DNA of 64,000 nucleotides, from positions 22,910-86,909 of the forward strand of contig JBFFEY010000001.1 in NCBI GenBank assembly GCA_041558415.1. The letters are read 5' to 3'. The position numbers were made by a program, and so were the translations under genes. Below the pieces are notes generated by a model. The model saw only the letters and a list, made by a program, of their open reading frames with translations, was not told the origin of the DNA and searched no databases. Below are positions 20,596 through 31,331 of this stretch, in pieces; position 1 is the stretch's first letter, and every line of letters begins with the position of its first letter. This DNA comes from Burkholderiales bacterium (GTDB taxonomy: Bacteria > Pseudomonadota > Gammaproteobacteria > Burkholderiales > SG8-39).

Positions 20596-21576
20596 ATGAA
20601 CCAGCAGGACATGGTCCCGGTCACCATCCTGACCGGATTTCTGGGCAGCGGTAAGACGACGCTGCTAAACCGTATCCTCCAGGAGGATCACGGCCACCGC
20701 ATCGCGGTGATCGAGAACGAATTCGGTGAGGTCGGCGTCGATAACGACATCATCGAAAAGTCGGACGAGCAGATCGTCGAGATGAACAACGGCTGCATCT
20801 GCTGCACCGTGCGCGGCGACCTGATCCGCATTCTCGGCGACCTGAAGATGCGCCGTGAAAAAGGCACGCTCGCGTTCGACCGGGTGGTGATCGAGACCAC
20901 CGGCATGGCCGATCCGGGGCCGGTGGCGCAGACCTTCTTCACCGACGAGGAGATCGGCAGCTACTACCTGCTCGACTCGATCCTCACGCTGGTCGACGCC
21001 AAGCATGCGGAGAAGCAGCTCGATGAATTCCACGAAGCGCAGGAGCAGGTCGGCTTCGCCGACAAGGTGCTGATGTCGAAGACCGACCTGGTGAGCGAGG
21101 CGGACGTCGCGCGGCTCGCGGGGCGCATCAAGCACATGAACCCGCGCGCCCCGATCAAGCCGGTGCATTTCGGCAATGCGCCACTCGAGGAGGTGCTGGA
21201 TCTGCGCGGCTTCAACCTGAACGCCATTCTCGAGATCGATCCGGAGTTCCTCACCAGTGTCGCGCACGAGCATCACGACGAGGTGGAGTCGTTCGTGTTC
21301 CGCAGCGACAAACCGTTCGACGGTGACAAGCTTGAGCAGTTTCTCTCCGGCATGATTCAGGTCTACGGGCCCGACCTGCTGCGCTACAAGGGCGTGTTGT
21401 GGATGAAGGGCAACGCGCGGCGCGTCGTCTTCCAGGGCGTGCACATGATGATGGGGGGTGATCTCGGCAAACCCTGGACGAAGGGCGAAAAGAAGGCGTC
21501 GATCATGGTGTTCATCGGCAAAAAGCTGCCACGCGACCTGTTCATCGCCGGGCTTGAGCAGTGCCTCGCCGGCTGA
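20596..21576 (+). CDS. COG0523/CobW-family G3E GTPase (putative zinc metallochaperone)
   Basis: P-loop GFLGSGKTT, metal motif [16 protein letters not shown], and a CobW C-terminal domain. Confidence 0.9.
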   Translation: MNQQDMVPVTILTGFLGSGKTTLLNRILQEDHGHRIAVIENEFGEVGVDNDIIEKSDEQIVEMNNGCICCTVRGDLIRILGDLKMRREKGTLAFDRVVIETTGMADPGPVAQTFFTDEEIGSYYLLDSILTLVDAKHAEKQLDEFHEAQEQVGFADKVLMSKTDLVSEADVARLAGRIKHMNPRAPIKPVHFGNAPLEEVLDLRGFNLNAILEIDPEFLTSVAHEHHDEVESFVFRSDKPFDGDKLEQFLSGMIQVYGPDLLRYKGVLWMKGNARRVVFQGVHMMMGGDLGKPWTKGEKKASIMVFIGKKLPRDLFIAGLEQCLAG

Positions 21577-21589
21577 GGGAGCGGCGCTG

Positions 21590-22126
21590 ATGGAGACATT
21601 GCACGGCACGACCATCCTCTCGGTACGCCGCGGTGCGAAAGTGGCGCTCGGCGGCGATGGCCAGGTGACGCTCGGCCAGGTCGTGCTGAAGGGCGGCGCG
21701 CGCAAGATCCGCCGGCTTTACCAGGACCGGATCCTCGCCGGCTTTGCCGGCGGCACCGCGGATGCCTTCACCCTGTTCGAGCGCTTCGAAGGCAAGCTCG
21801 ACAAGCACCAGGGCAACCTCATGCGCTCGGCCGTCGAGTTGGCCAAGGATTGGCGCACCGACCGGGTTCTGCGGCGTCTGGAGGCCATGCTGGCGGTCGC
21901 CGACCGCGAGCACTCGCTGGTCATTACGGGCGCGGGCGACGTGCTCGAGCCGGAGCACGGCATCGTCGCGATCGGCTCCGGCGGGCCGTACGCACAGAGC
22001 GCGGCGCGCGCCCTGCTCGAGAACACGGCGCTCGAGCCGCGCGAGATCGTCGAACGTTCCCTCGCGATCGCTGCCGACCTGTGCATCTACACCAACCACC
22101 AACGTTCGATCGAAGTCCTGGAGTAG
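21590..22126 (+). CDS. hslV: ATP-dependent protease subunit HslV
   Basis: ATG 21590 ([15 protein letters not shown]...) with the catalytic Thr context GTTIL. It is an internal start of track ORF 21458..22126. Confidence 0.96.
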   Translation: METLHGTTILSVRRGAKVALGGDGQVTLGQVVLKGGARKIRRLYQDRILAGFAGGTADAFTLFERFEGKLDKHQGNLMRSAVELAKDWRTDRVLRRLEAMLAVADREHSLVITGAGDVLEPEHGIVAIGSGGPYAQSAARALLENTALEPREIVERSLAIAADLCIYTNHQRSIEVLE

Positions 22127-22130
22127 GGCG

Positions 22131-23465
22131 ATGTCTTCGATGACCCCGCAGGAGATCGTGCATGAGCTCGACAAGAACATCGTCGGCCAGGACCGCGCCA
22201 AGCGTGCCGTCGCGATTGCGCTGCGCAATCGCTGGCGCCGGCAGCAGGTAGCCGAGCCGCTGCGTCAGGAGATCACGCCGAAGAACATCCTCATGATCGG
22301 GCCGACCGGCGTGGGCAAGACCGAGATCGCCCGACGCCTGGCGCGGCTCGCCGACGCACCGTTCGTCAAGGTGGAGGCGACCAAGTTCACCGAAGTCGGC
22401 TACGTCGGGCGGGACGTCGACACCATCGTGCGCGACCTGGTCGAAACCAGCTTCAAGCAGACCCGCGAGCAGGCGATGCGTCGCGTGCGTATGCGTGCCC
22501 AGGACGCCGCCGAGGAGCGCATTCTCGATGCGCTGCTGCCGCCGGCGCGCAGCGCCGGCTTCGGGCCGGCGGAACCGGCGGGCGAGGAAAGCGCGACGCG
22601 CCAGAAGTTCCGCAAGAAGCTGCGCGAGGGTGACCTCGACGACAAGGAGATCGAGATCGAGGTCTCCGCGGCCTCGCCGCAGATGGAGATCCTTGCGCCG
22701 CCCGGCATGGAGGAGCTCACGGCGCAGATCCAGGGCATGTTCCAGAACGTGGCCGGCGGCCGGCGCAGGCTGCGCAAGCTCAAGATCCGCGAGGCCATGC
22801 AGCTGCTGACCGACGAGGAGGCGGCGAAGCTGGTCAATGACGAGGATCTGAAGACCCGCGCGCTGGCGAACGTCGAGCAGAACGGCATCGTGTTTCTCGA
22901 CGAGGTCGACAAGATTGCTTCGCGCAGCGAGCTTGCGGGCGCCGACGTTTCGCGTCAGGGCGTGCAGCGCGATCTGCTGCCGTTAGTCGAGGGCACGACG
23001 GTGGCGACGAAGTACGGCATGGTCAAGACCGACCATATCCTGTTCATCGCCTCGGGCGCGTTCCATCTCTCCAAGCCCTCGGACCTGATTCCCGAGCTGC
23101 AGGGGCGTTTCCCGATCCGGGTCGAGCTCGACTCGCTGTCGGTGGACGACTTTGAGCGCATTCTTACGTCGACCGACGCGAGCCTGGTCAAGCAGTACCG
23201 TGCGCTGCTCGAGACCGAGGGCGTCAGCCTCGAGTTCGAACCGGCCGCGATCCGACGGCTCGCGGAGATCTCGTTTCAGGTCAACGAGGGCACCGAGAAC
23301 ATCGGCGCACGACGCCTCTACACCGTCCTCGAGAAGCTGCTCGAATCGATCTCCTTCGAAGCGGGCACGCGCAGTGTCGGGACGATCGTGATCGACGCGG
23401 CCTACGTCGACGCGCGCCTCGCTGAGCTGGCGAAGAACGAAGACCTGGCGCGCTACGTGCTCTAG
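22131..23465 (+). CDS. hslU: ATP-dependent protease ATPase subunit HslU
   Basis: ATG 22131 ([20 protein letters not shown]). Walker [16 protein letters not shown], and C-terminal NEDLARYVL. Confidence 0.97.
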   Translation: MSSMTPQEIVHELDKNIVGQDRAKRAVAIALRNRWRRQQVAEPLRQEITPKNILMIGPTGVGKTEIARRLARLADAPFVKVEATKFTEVGYVGRDVDTIVRDLVETSFKQTREQAMRRVRMRAQDAAEERILDALLPPARSAGFGPAEPAGEESATRQKFRKKLREGDLDDKEIEIEVSAASPQMEILAPPGMEELTAQIQGMFQNVAGGRRRLRKLKIREAMQLLTDEEAAKLVNDEDLKTRALANVEQNGIVFLDEVDKIASRSELAGADVSRQGVQRDLLPLVEGTTVATKYGMVKTDHILFIASGAFHLSKPSDLIPELQGRFPIRVELDSLSVDDFERILTSTDASLVKQYRALLETEGVSLEFEPAAIRRLAEISFQVNEGTENIGARRLYTVLEKLLESISFEAGTRSVGTIVIDAAYVDARLAELAKNEDLARYVL

Positions 23466-23671
23466 GCGGCCGCGGGGCCGCGCGCGTGCTGGGCGGCGAG
23501 TGCCGCCCGCAGGCAGGCAGGACACAGGCAGCCTTCGCCCGGCGCCGGCTCCAGGGGCGGCAGCTCGGCGCACCAGCAGCGTTCGGCGCCGGCCTGCAGG
23601 CCGCATTCGAAGCGCGCGCCGCAGCGCGCGCAGCGGCTGCCCGCGGGCGGCGTCTCAGGCGGGGCGTTCAT
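23462..23671 (-). CDS. cysteine-rich CWC-family protein
   Basis: 69 aa with [13 protein letters not shown] and CLCPAC motifs. It overlaps the upstream anti-sigma gene by 17 nt, and convergently overlaps the hslU stop by 4 nt. Confidence 0.7.
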   Translation of the reverse strand: MNAPPETPPAGSRCARCGARFECGLQAGAERCWCAELPPLEPAPGEGCLCPACLRAALAAQHARGPAAA

Positions 23672-23852
23672 CGTCGGTGCGAGCGAGGTCCTGCATTGCC
23701 TTGCGCAGGCGGGCCATCTCGTCCTCGAAGTTGCGGCATCCCCTGCACATCACGAAGTGCACGCGCAGCGCGACGCGCTCGCCGAAGCGCAGCTCGCGGT
23801 CGAGCCCCTCGGAAACGAGGCGCGTCACTTCCTTGCAAGAAGGCATCATCAT
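23655..23852 (-). CDS. small cytosolic zinc-binding (ZAS, zf-HC2) anti-sigma factor
   Basis: 65 aa with no TM segment. H-x3-C-x2-C motif HFVMCRGC plus an N-terminal Cys (MMMPSCKEV). ATGA overlap with the ECF sigma gene. Confidence 0.75.
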   Translation of the reverse strand: MMMPSCKEVTRLVSEGLDRELRFGERVALRVHFVMCRGCRNFEDEMARLRKAMQDLARTDDERPA

Positions 23853-24448
23853 CGTTTATCGGCTGTCTTGTCGCTCCCCTTGCCGAACCATCGCTCGTCC
23901 AGGCACAGCCGCAAGGCCATGCGTGCACGGTAGAGCAGAACCCAGCAATAGGTCGGCGTGATGTCGAGTTCCTTACAGATCTCCCCCGTATCCAGGCCCA
24001 GATGCTCACGCAGCATGAAGACCCGCGCCGTCTTCTCCGGCAGGCGCGCGAGGCATTGCTCGAGCACGCCGAGGAACTGCTTTTGCTCCAGCGCGCCGTG
24101 CGGTTCGTCCCAGGCCGACGGACGGTCCTTCCAGTGGCCGTTGGCCCGGAACAGGTCGTCGAAAGCGGCGTCGTCCTCGAGTTCCGGCCCCGCCCTAGGC
24201 TCACGTGCGGCGCGCCGGATGCTGTCGATGATCTTGTGCTTGAGGATCCCGGTCAGCCAGGTGCGCAGATTCGAGCGGCCGGCGAAATTCGCCTCGCCGG
24301 CGAGCGCCGCGAGCAGCGTCTCCTGGACCACGTCCTCCGCCGCGCTCGGGTCGCGCAGCTGAAGGGCGGCAAAGCGCAGCAGGTAGGGCCGCTGCTGCTC
24401 GAGCTGCGCCCGAAAGTCGCCTTCTCGGGGCCGGTGATCTCTCACCAT
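23849..24448 (-). CDS. ECF-type RNA polymerase sigma-70 family factor
   Basis: Region 2 (DVVQETLLAAL...LRTWLTGILKHKIID) and region 4 (RVFMLREHLGLDTGEICKELDITPTYCWVLLYRARMALR). Confidence 0.9.
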   Translation of the reverse strand: MVRDHRPREGDFRAQLEQQRPYLLRFAALQLRDPSAAEDVVQETLLAALAGEANFAGRSNLRTWLTGILKHKIIDSIRRAAREPRAGPELEDDAAFDDLFRANGHWKDRPSAWDEPHGALEQKQFLGVLEQCLARLPEKTARVFMLREHLGLDTGEICKELDITPTYCWVLLYRARMALRLCLDERWFGKGSDKTADKR

Positions 24449-24461
24449 CTGGGCACTTTAG

Positions 24462-25379
<918 letters not shown>

Positions 25380-25429
25380 AGGAGCGGCTGCCCCGGCGCG
25401 CCACGGTGGCGCCCGGCACGGCCTGACCC

Positions 25430-26092
25430 ATGCGCATCGCCAAGCTGCCCCCGCACCGCCGCGTCTGGATCTTCGATCTCGACAACACGCTGCACGACGC
25501 GAGCCGCAAGATCTTTCCCTCGATGCACGACCAGATCAACGCGTACCTAAAACGCCACCTCGGCGTCGACGACCACGGCGCCAACGTCATGCGCCAGCGC
25601 TTCTGGCAGCGTTACGGCACGACGTTGAAAGGGCTGATGCGGCACTACGGCACCGATCCGCACCACTTTCTGCGCGAGACACATCAGTTTCCCGAGCTGG
25701 AGGGCATGGTCGAGCACGAAAATGCGCTGCGTCATGCGCTCGCCCGCCTCGGAGGACGCAAGCTGGTGTTCTCCAACGCGCCGCGCCACTACGTCGAGTC
25801 GGTGCTGCGCGTGATGGGCATCGCGCGCTGGTTCGACGGTGTCTATACGATCGAGAGCACGCGCTTCCGGCCTAAGCCTGCGCAGATGGGATTCCATGTG
25901 CTGCTGCGCGCGCACGACCTCGATCCGCATCGCTGCGCGTTCATCGACGATGCGCTCGAGAACCTGCGTACCGCGAAGCGCCTCGGCCTGTCGACGGTCT
26001 GGGTCAGCCGCAGCAAGCGGCGTGCGCCGTTCGTCGACCTGCGCGTGGCGTCGGTGATCGAGTTGCCGCGCAGCGTTTTTCGTCGCGGCTGA
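25430..26092 (+). CDS. HAD-family pyrimidine 5'-nucleotidase
   Basis: HAD motif I WIFDLDNTLH, with VFSNAP and FIDD motifs. Conserved argB-nucleotidase-slmA synteny. Confidence 0.85.
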   Translation: MRIAKLPPHRRVWIFDLDNTLHDASRKIFPSMHDQINAYLKRHLGVDDHGANVMRQRFWQRYGTTLKGLMRHYGTDPHHFLRETHQFPELEGMVEHENALRHALARLGGRKLVFSNAPRHYVESVLRVMGIARWFDGVYTIESTRFRPKPAQMGFHVLLRAHDLDPHRCAFIDDALENLRTAKRLGLSTVWVSRSKRRAPFVDLRVASVIELPRSVFRRG

Positions 26093-26155
26093 CGCGGCAT
26101 GCGGCGCAGCTGTGGCCGATCGCGCTAGAATTTCACCGCAGCTGCCACCGCCACC

Positions 26156-26719
26156 ATGCCCCGCAAAAAAGGCGAACGCCGCCTCGAGATCCTCAAAGTG
26201 CTCGCGCTCATGCTGGGCGAGGCGCGCTGGGCGCGCATCACGACCGCGGCGCTCGCCGAGCGCCTGCAGGTTTCCGAGGCGGCGCTCTACCGTCACTTTG
26301 CCTCGAAGGCGCAGATGTACGAAGGCCTGATCGAGTTCATCGAGAGCAGCGTGTTCGGGCTGGCGAACCGGATCGCGAGCGAGGAGCCCGAGGGGCCGGG
26401 CCAGGCGCTTGCGCTAGTGCGCATGCTGCTCGCCTTCGCCGAGAAAAACCCTGGACTGGTTCGCGTGCTGACCGGCGAGGCCCTGGTCGGAGAGCACGAG
26501 CGGCTGCAGACGCGCGTCAATCAATTCTTTGACCGCTTCGAAACCACGCTCAAGCACTCGCTACGCCTGGCCTCCGATGCAGACGCGGCGGCGCGCGCGG
26601 CCGTCATGCTGCGCTATGCCATGGGCAGCCTGCAGTTGTACGCGAAAAGCGGCTTCGCGCGTGCGCCGCTCGAGGCGTTCAACACGCAGCAGGGTCAGCT
26701 GATCGCATCGACCCGCTAG
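26156..26719 (+). CDS. slmA: nucleoid occlusion factor SlmA (TetR family)
   Basis: GERRLEILKVLALMLGE...ITTAALAERLQVSEAALYRHFASKAQMYEGLIEFIE is the SlmA-type HTH. Confidence 0.88.
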   Translation: MPRKKGERRLEILKVLALMLGEARWARITTAALAERLQVSEAALYRHFASKAQMYEGLIEFIESSVFGLANRIASEEPEGPGQALALVRMLLAFAEKNPGLVRVLTGEALVGEHERLQTRVNQFFDRFETTLKHSLRLASDADAAARAAVMLRYAMGSLQLYAKSGFARAPLEAFNTQQGQLIASTR

Positions 26720-27476
26720 TGCCTGCGCCCGCGCCGCCGCACACGGGGCAACGGGGATCCTTGGCGATACGCACCGTGCGCGACTCGCCGTGCAGCGCAT
26801 CGAGCAGCAGCAGCCGGCCGGCGAGCGACTCGCCGACGCCCGCGATCAGCTTCATGGCCTCGACGGCCTGCATTGCGCCGATCACGCCGGTAAGCGGCGC
26901 GAGCACACCCATCACCGCGCAACGTAATTCCTCGGCCTGCGCGTCTTCCGGAAACAGGCAGGCGTAGCAGGGGGCGTCGGGCCGACGCGGATCGAATACC
27001 GCAAGCTGGCCGTCGAAGCGGATGGCCGCGCCGGACACCAATGGACGGCCGACGCGCACGCAGGCGCGATTCACCGCATGACGGGTCTCGAAATTGTCCG
27101 AACAGTCGAGTACGACATCCGCGGCCTCGACGGCCTGCTCGAGCGCCGCTCCTTCGAGGCGTACGGCGAGCGGCCGCACCTCGACGTCCGGGTTGACCGC
27201 GTGCAGCGCCGCGCGCGCGGACTCGACCTTAGCGGCGCCGATCGATTCGGCGCGGTACAGGATCTGTCGCTGCAGATTGGTGGCGTCGATGACGTCGGGG
27301 TCGGCGATGGTCAGGCGGCCGACGCCGCCGGAGGCCAGGTACAGGGCCGCAGGGCAGCCCAGTCCGCCCGCGCCCACGATAAGCACCTGCGCCGCAGCCA
27401 GACGCGTCTGGCCTTCGACGCCGAGTTCCGTCAGAAGCAGGTGGCGGCTGTAGCGGAGGAGCTGCTCGTCGTTCAC
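26679..27476 (-). CDS. moeB: molybdopterin-synthase adenylyltransferase MoeB (ThiF/HesA family)
   Basis: RYSRHLLL, GAGGLGC, CYACLF and CPVCG motifs. About 20 extra C-terminal residues run 41 nt into the slmA 3' end. Confidence 0.88.
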   Translation of the reverse strand: MNDEQLLRYSRHLLLTELGVEGQTRLAAAQVLIVGAGGLGCPAALYLASGGVGRLTIADPDVIDATNLQRQILYRAESIGAAKVESARAALHAVNPDVEVRPLAVRLEGAALEQAVEAADVVLDCSDNFETRHAVNRACVRVGRPLVSGAAIRFDGQLAVFDPRRPDAPCYACLFPEDAQAEELRCAVMGVLAPLTGVIGAMQAVEAMKLIAGVGESLAGRLLLLDALHGESRTVRIAKDPRCPVCGGAGAGTSGSMRSADPAAC

Positions 27477-27518
27477 GACAACCGGGGCCGCAGCCGCGGC
27501 CCCTGTGGGCTTGCGCCG

Positions 27519-28925
27519 CTATCGAGTCGGCTTGTTCTGCGCGACCGTTTTCTTCTTCGGCTCCGCGAGCACAGGCTGGCCCTTGAGATGCGCCAGCGCC
27601 TGCTGCAGCTGGAAGTCCTGTGGCGAGCCGAGTTCGATCGGCTTGCGCGGCGCAGCCGGGGTCGCCGTGCCGGTCTTTTCGCCAGGGGCCGCGGGCTTCG
27701 CATCCTGCGCCGGCTTGCCCTCCCCCTCGCCTTCGAGGTGACGCTGCAGATCGGCCTCGCGAACCCGGCCGCCCGGGTCGCCCGGCTCTTTCACGATGAT
27801 GTCCGGCGTGATGCCCTTGGCCTGAATCGAGCGGCCGCTGGGCGTGAAGTAGCGCGCCGTGGTGAGCTTGATCGCGGTGTTGTTGCCCAGCGGCATGATC
27901 GTTTGCACCGATCCCTTGCCGAAGGTCTGCGTGCCCATCACCGTGGCGCGCTTGTGATCCTGCAGCGCGCCGGCGACGATCTCCGACGCCGAGGCCGAGC
28001 CGCCGTTGACCAGCACCACCATCGGCACGGTCTTGATTTCCGGCGGCAGGCCGCGCAGCACGTCATCGCCGCTGCGCGTGTAATCGTCCGGGCTCGCGTG
28101 GTACTTCCGCTTGGCGTCGGTCGCGCGACCATCGGTGGACACGACCACTACGTCGGCGGGCAGGAATGCGGCCGAAATCGCCACGGCACCGTGCAGCAGC
28201 CCGCCGGGATCGTTGCGCAGGTCGAGCACCAGGCCCTTCAGAGTCCCCTGCTTGTACAGCGCGTTGACGTGACGCACGAGATACTCGGAGGTCGATTCCT
28301 GAAACTGCGACACGCGCACCCAGCCGTAGCCGGGCTCGATGATTCTCGACTTCACGCTGCGTACACGGATGACTGCGCGCGTCAGCGTGACCTGCAGCGG
28401 CTGCGCCTCACCGCGACGCGAGATCGTGAGGGTGATCTGCGTGCCCGGCTTGCCGCGCATGCGCTTGACCGCATCCGACAGCGTCATGCCCTTGACCGGC
28501 GTTTCGTCGATCTTGACGATGAGGTCGCCCGGCTTGACGCCGGCACGGAACGCGGGCGTGTCCTCGATCGGGGAAACGACCTTGACGAAGCCGTCTTCCA
28601 TGCCGACCTCGATGCCGAGTCCGCCGAACTGTCCCTGGGTCCCGACCTGCAGCTCCTTGAAGGCCTCGGCGTCGAGGTAGGCGGAGTGCGGATCGAGGCC
28701 GGTGAGCATGCCGTTGATGGCTTCGGTAATGAGCTTCTTGTCCTCGACGCTCTCGACGTAGTTTTGCTTGATGGCGCCGAAGACTTCGGAGAAGGCACGC
28801 AGCTCTTCGACCGGCAGAGGCGCGCGTGCTGCGCGCTCGGCAATGGCCTGGAAATTGAGACTGATCAGGACACCCGCCAAGGCGCCCAGCAGGATCAGAC
28901 CGATGTTGCGAAGCTTGATGCTCAT
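27519..28925 (-). CDS. S41-family carboxy-terminal processing peptidase
   Basis: N-terminal TM/signal, PDZ (GGLGIEVGMEDGFVKVVSPIEDTPAFRAGVKPGDLI), catalytic Ser context NGGSASASEI, and a Pro/Lys-rich tail. Confidence 0.93.
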   Translation of the reverse strand: MSIKLRNIGLILLGALAGVLISLNFQAIAERAARAPLPVEELRAFSEVFGAIKQNYVESVEDKKLITEAINGMLTGLDPHSAYLDAEAFKELQVGTQGQFGGLGIEVGMEDGFVKVVSPIEDTPAFRAGVKPGDLIVKIDETPVKGMTLSDAVKRMRGKPGTQITLTISRRGEAQPLQVTLTRAVIRVRSVKSRIIEPGYGWVRVSQFQESTSEYLVRHVNALYKQGTLKGLVLDLRNDPGGLLHGAVAISAAFLPADVVVVSTDGRATDAKRKYHASPDDYTRSGDDVLRGLPPEIKTVPMVVLVNGGSASASEIVAGALQDHKRATVMGTQTFGKGSVQTIMPLGNNTAIKLTTARYFTPSGRSIQAKGITPDIIVKEPGDPGGRVREADLQRHLEGEGEGKPAQDAKPAAPGEKTGTATPAAPRKPIELGSPQDFQLQQALAHLKGQPVLAEPKKKTVAQNKPTR

Positions 28926-28958
28926 GTCGCGTTTCCTCGCCGCCGAAAGGCGCCGGAA

Positions 28959-30158
28959 TCAGTTCGTCTCGACCCAGTGCATCGGGTCGAACGTTTTACC
29001 CAAGTGCCGCATTTCAAAGTATAAACCCGATTGCTCGCGCCCACCCGTCGCCCCGACCATGGCAACGGGTTCGCCCGTCGCGACCGGGTCACCCACCTGC
29101 TTGAGCAGGGTTTCATTGTAGGCGTAGACCGACATGTAGGCGTCTCCGTGGTCGACGATGAGCAGGTTGCCAAAACCCCGCATCCAGTCGGCGAACACGA
29201 CCTGGCCATTGGCGATCGCGTGCACGGGCGTACCCTCCTTGGCGCGGATGAACAGGCCTTTCGAGGAGGCACCGGACGCTTCCGTTCGAGCGCCGTAGCG
29301 GCCAACAAGTTCCCCCCGCACCGGCAGCCGCAGGCGGCCGCGCTGCGCCTCGAAGCGGCCGGCGCCGGCGCCGGCCTGTGGCAGTTTCTGAATGGTCACA
29401 ACACTCGCCCCGGGGCGTGCGGCGAGCACGCGGCCGATCTCCTCGATCAATTTGGCCAGGCGCGCCTCGTCCGCACGCAGCACCCGCATTTCCTTGCGGT
29501 TGCGCCGGATTTCCACGGCGACATTCTCCAGCACGCGACGCCGCGTGCGCTGCTCCGCGAACAATTTTTCACGATCGCCGCGCTGGTGCTGCTGCACGGC
29601 GCGCAGGCGCTCTGCCTTGGCGGACGCCGCCGCTCGCAGCCCCTCGAGTTCGGCGACGTCCGCGCGGTAGGACGCCAGAATCGCGGCACCGGCGCGCGAG
29701 AGCTGCGACAGGTAGTAGAGCTTGCGCGCGAGGTCGCCCGGGTCGTCTCCCGAGAGCACCAGGCGCAGCGCATCGGGCGCACCGGCGGCGTGACGTGCGG
29801 CGAGCAGGCGTCCGATCGCCTGCTGCTGCTGGGCGATCTTCGCCTGCAGCGCCTGTCGGCGTGCGCCGATCGACGCCATCGCGCCGCGCAGCGACTTCGC
29901 CTCAGTGTCGAGCGCGGCCAGTGCGCGGTTGATTTCCGAAATCGCGCGTTCCGAGTCGCGCAAGGCGTCGCGCGCCTCGCGCTGCGAGGCTTGCTTCTGC
30001 TCCAGGTCGGATTTCAGCCGCGCGATGCGCTTGCGCAGTTCCGCCAAATCGCGCTCGCGTGCCTCGGCCTCCGTCCGCGGTGCCTGCGCAGTGGCGTCGA
30101 GCACCACCGCAAGCGGCACGGCAGCGAGGAGCAGGACGATGGCGTGCGCGAAACTCAG
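28959..30158 (-). CDS. envC: murein hydrolase activator EnvC-like protein (coiled coil + LytM/M23 domain); start codon uncertain
   Basis: Long coiled coil ([16 protein letters not shown]...) and a C-terminal M23-like domain ([16 protein letters not shown]...GLYFEMRH). The hydrophobic signal [25 protein letters not shown] is kept only if translation starts at CTG 30158, which overlaps the gpmA stop. The first canonical start is GTG 30119. Confidence 0.8.
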   Translation of the reverse strand: MSFAHAIVLLLAAVPLAVVLDATAQAPRTEAEARERDLAELRKRIARLKSDLEQKQASQREARDALRDSERAISEINRALAALDTEAKSLRGAMASIGARRQALQAKIAQQQQAIGRLLAARHAAGAPDALRLVLSGDDPGDLARKLYYLSQLSRAGAAILASYRADVAELEGLRAAASAKAERLRAVQQHQRGDREKLFAEQRTRRRVLENVAVEIRRNRKEMRVLRADEARLAKLIEEIGRVLAARPGASVVTIQKLPQAGAGAGRFEAQRGRLRLPVRGELVGRYGARTEASGASSKGLFIRAKEGTPVHAIANGQVVFADWMRGFGNLLIVDHGDAYMSVYAYNETLLKQVGDPVATGEPVAMVGATGGREQSGLYFEMRHLGKTFDPMHWVETN

Positions 30159-30916
30159 GCCTTCGCCTTGCCCTGTGCGGAGACCGCCGCGATGCGCTGA
30201 GCGATCTCGTCGGCATTGCCGAGATATCGGTGACCGAGCGGCCGGAGCGACCCGTCGAGCTCGTAGACGAGCGGCACGCCGGTCGGAATGTTGAGGCCGA
30301 CGATCTCGGCATCGCCGATGCCGTCCAGGTACTTCACCAGGGCGCGCAGCGAGTTGCCGTGCGCGGCGATCAGCACCCGGCGGCCCGCCCGGATCGACGG
30401 CGCAATCGTCGATTCCCAGTAGGGCAGCACGCGCGCGACGGTGTCCTTGAGGCATTCGGTGAGCGGCACATCCTGTGTCGCAAGGCTCGCATAGCGCGGG
30501 TCGCTGCCGGCATGGCGCGGATCGCCCGGCTCGAGCGCAGGCGGCGGGGTGTCGTAGCTGCGCCGCCAGGTGAGTACCTGGGTGTCACCGAATTTGGCCG
30601 CCGTCTCGGCCTTGTTCAGCCCCTGCAGCGCGCCGTAGTGGCGCTCGTTCAGGCGCCAGCTCTTCTCCACCGGGATCCACATCAGGTCCATGACGTCGAG
30701 CGCCAGCCACAGGGTGCGGATCGCCCGCTTGAGGACCGAGGTGTACGCAAGATCGAAGTGGAAGCCCTCCCCGCGCAGCAGCTCGCCCGCGGTGCGCGCC
30801 TCCTTCACGCCGGCCGGCGACAGGTCGACGTCGGTCCAGCCGGTGAATCGGTTTTCGCGGTTCCAGTCGGATTCGCCGTGGCGCAGCAGCACGAGGGTAT
30901 GGGCGGGTGCGGGCAT
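30155..30916 (-). CDS. gpmA: 2,3-bisphosphoglycerate-dependent phosphoglycerate mutase
   Basis: [25 protein letters not shown] and [10 protein letters not shown] motifs. Confidence 0.96.
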   Translation of the reverse strand: MPAPAHTLVLLRHGESDWNRENRFTGWTDVDLSPAGVKEARTAGELLRGEGFHFDLAYTSVLKRAIRTLWLALDVMDLMWIPVEKSWRLNERHYGALQGLNKAETAAKFGDTQVLTWRRSYDTPPPALEPGDPRHAGSDPRYASLATQDVPLTECLKDTVARVLPYWESTIAPSIRAGRRVLIAAHGNSLRALVKYLDGIGDAEIVGLNIPTGVPLVYELDGSLRPLGHRYLGNADEIAQRIAAVSAQGKAKA

Positions 30917-30976
30917 GTTCGGGCGTTCCTGGCAACGCCGTATTCTATAATGTGCGCTTTAACGCTGGCGTGCCCC

Positions 30977-31303
30977 ATGAAGCGCGAAATCGAAGGCTTC
31001 GACCTGATCGAGAAGGCTGAGCACATCGAGCTGGCTGCCCGGGCCATGAAGGCGATGGCGCACCCGCTGCGTCTCAAGATTCTGTGCGTACTCGGTGGCA
31101 AAGAGGTGAGCGTGCAGGACATCGTCGAGGCCGTCGGCACGTCGCAGTCGAACATTTCCCAGCACCTCGCGATACTGCGCGACAAGGGTGTCCTGCGTGC
31201 CCGCAAGGATGCCAACCGCGTCTTCTACCGAGTGGGTGACGAACGCACCCTGCAGTTGCTCGGCATGATGCGCGAGGTGTACTGCGGCGAACCGCAGCCC
31301 TGA
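30977..31303 (+). CDS. ArsR/SmtB-family transcriptional regulator with an SqrR/BigR-like cysteine pair
   Basis: ATG 30977 (an internal start of track ORF 30059..31303). HTH DIVEAVGTSQSNISQHLAILRDKGV. It has only two Cys, at positions 37 and 103. A TATAAT box at 30946..30951 lies in the divergent intergenic region. Confidence 0.82.
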   Translation: MKREIEGFDLIEKAEHIELAARAMKAMAHPLRLKILCVLGGKEVSVQDIVEAVGTSQSNISQHLAILRDKGVLRARKDANRVFYRVGDERTLQLLGMMREVYCGEPQP

Positions 31304-31331
31304 GCGCCCGGCGCTCGCCGGGACAGGTCGA

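Noticed and set aside
26679-26719. 41-nt convergent overlap of the slmA and moeB 3' ends as a possible antisense regulatory arrangement.
   Set aside because: It is most simply explained by the moeB frame running on for about 20 codons past its conserved CPVCG end until the first stop appears in GC-rich sequence. There is no structure or motif suggesting function.
27078-29024. 648-aa plus-strand ORF antisense to moeB and the S41 peptidase.
   Set aside because: Same reasoning. It spans two independent, well-supported minus-strand genes and their intergenic region, and it has shadow-ORF composition.
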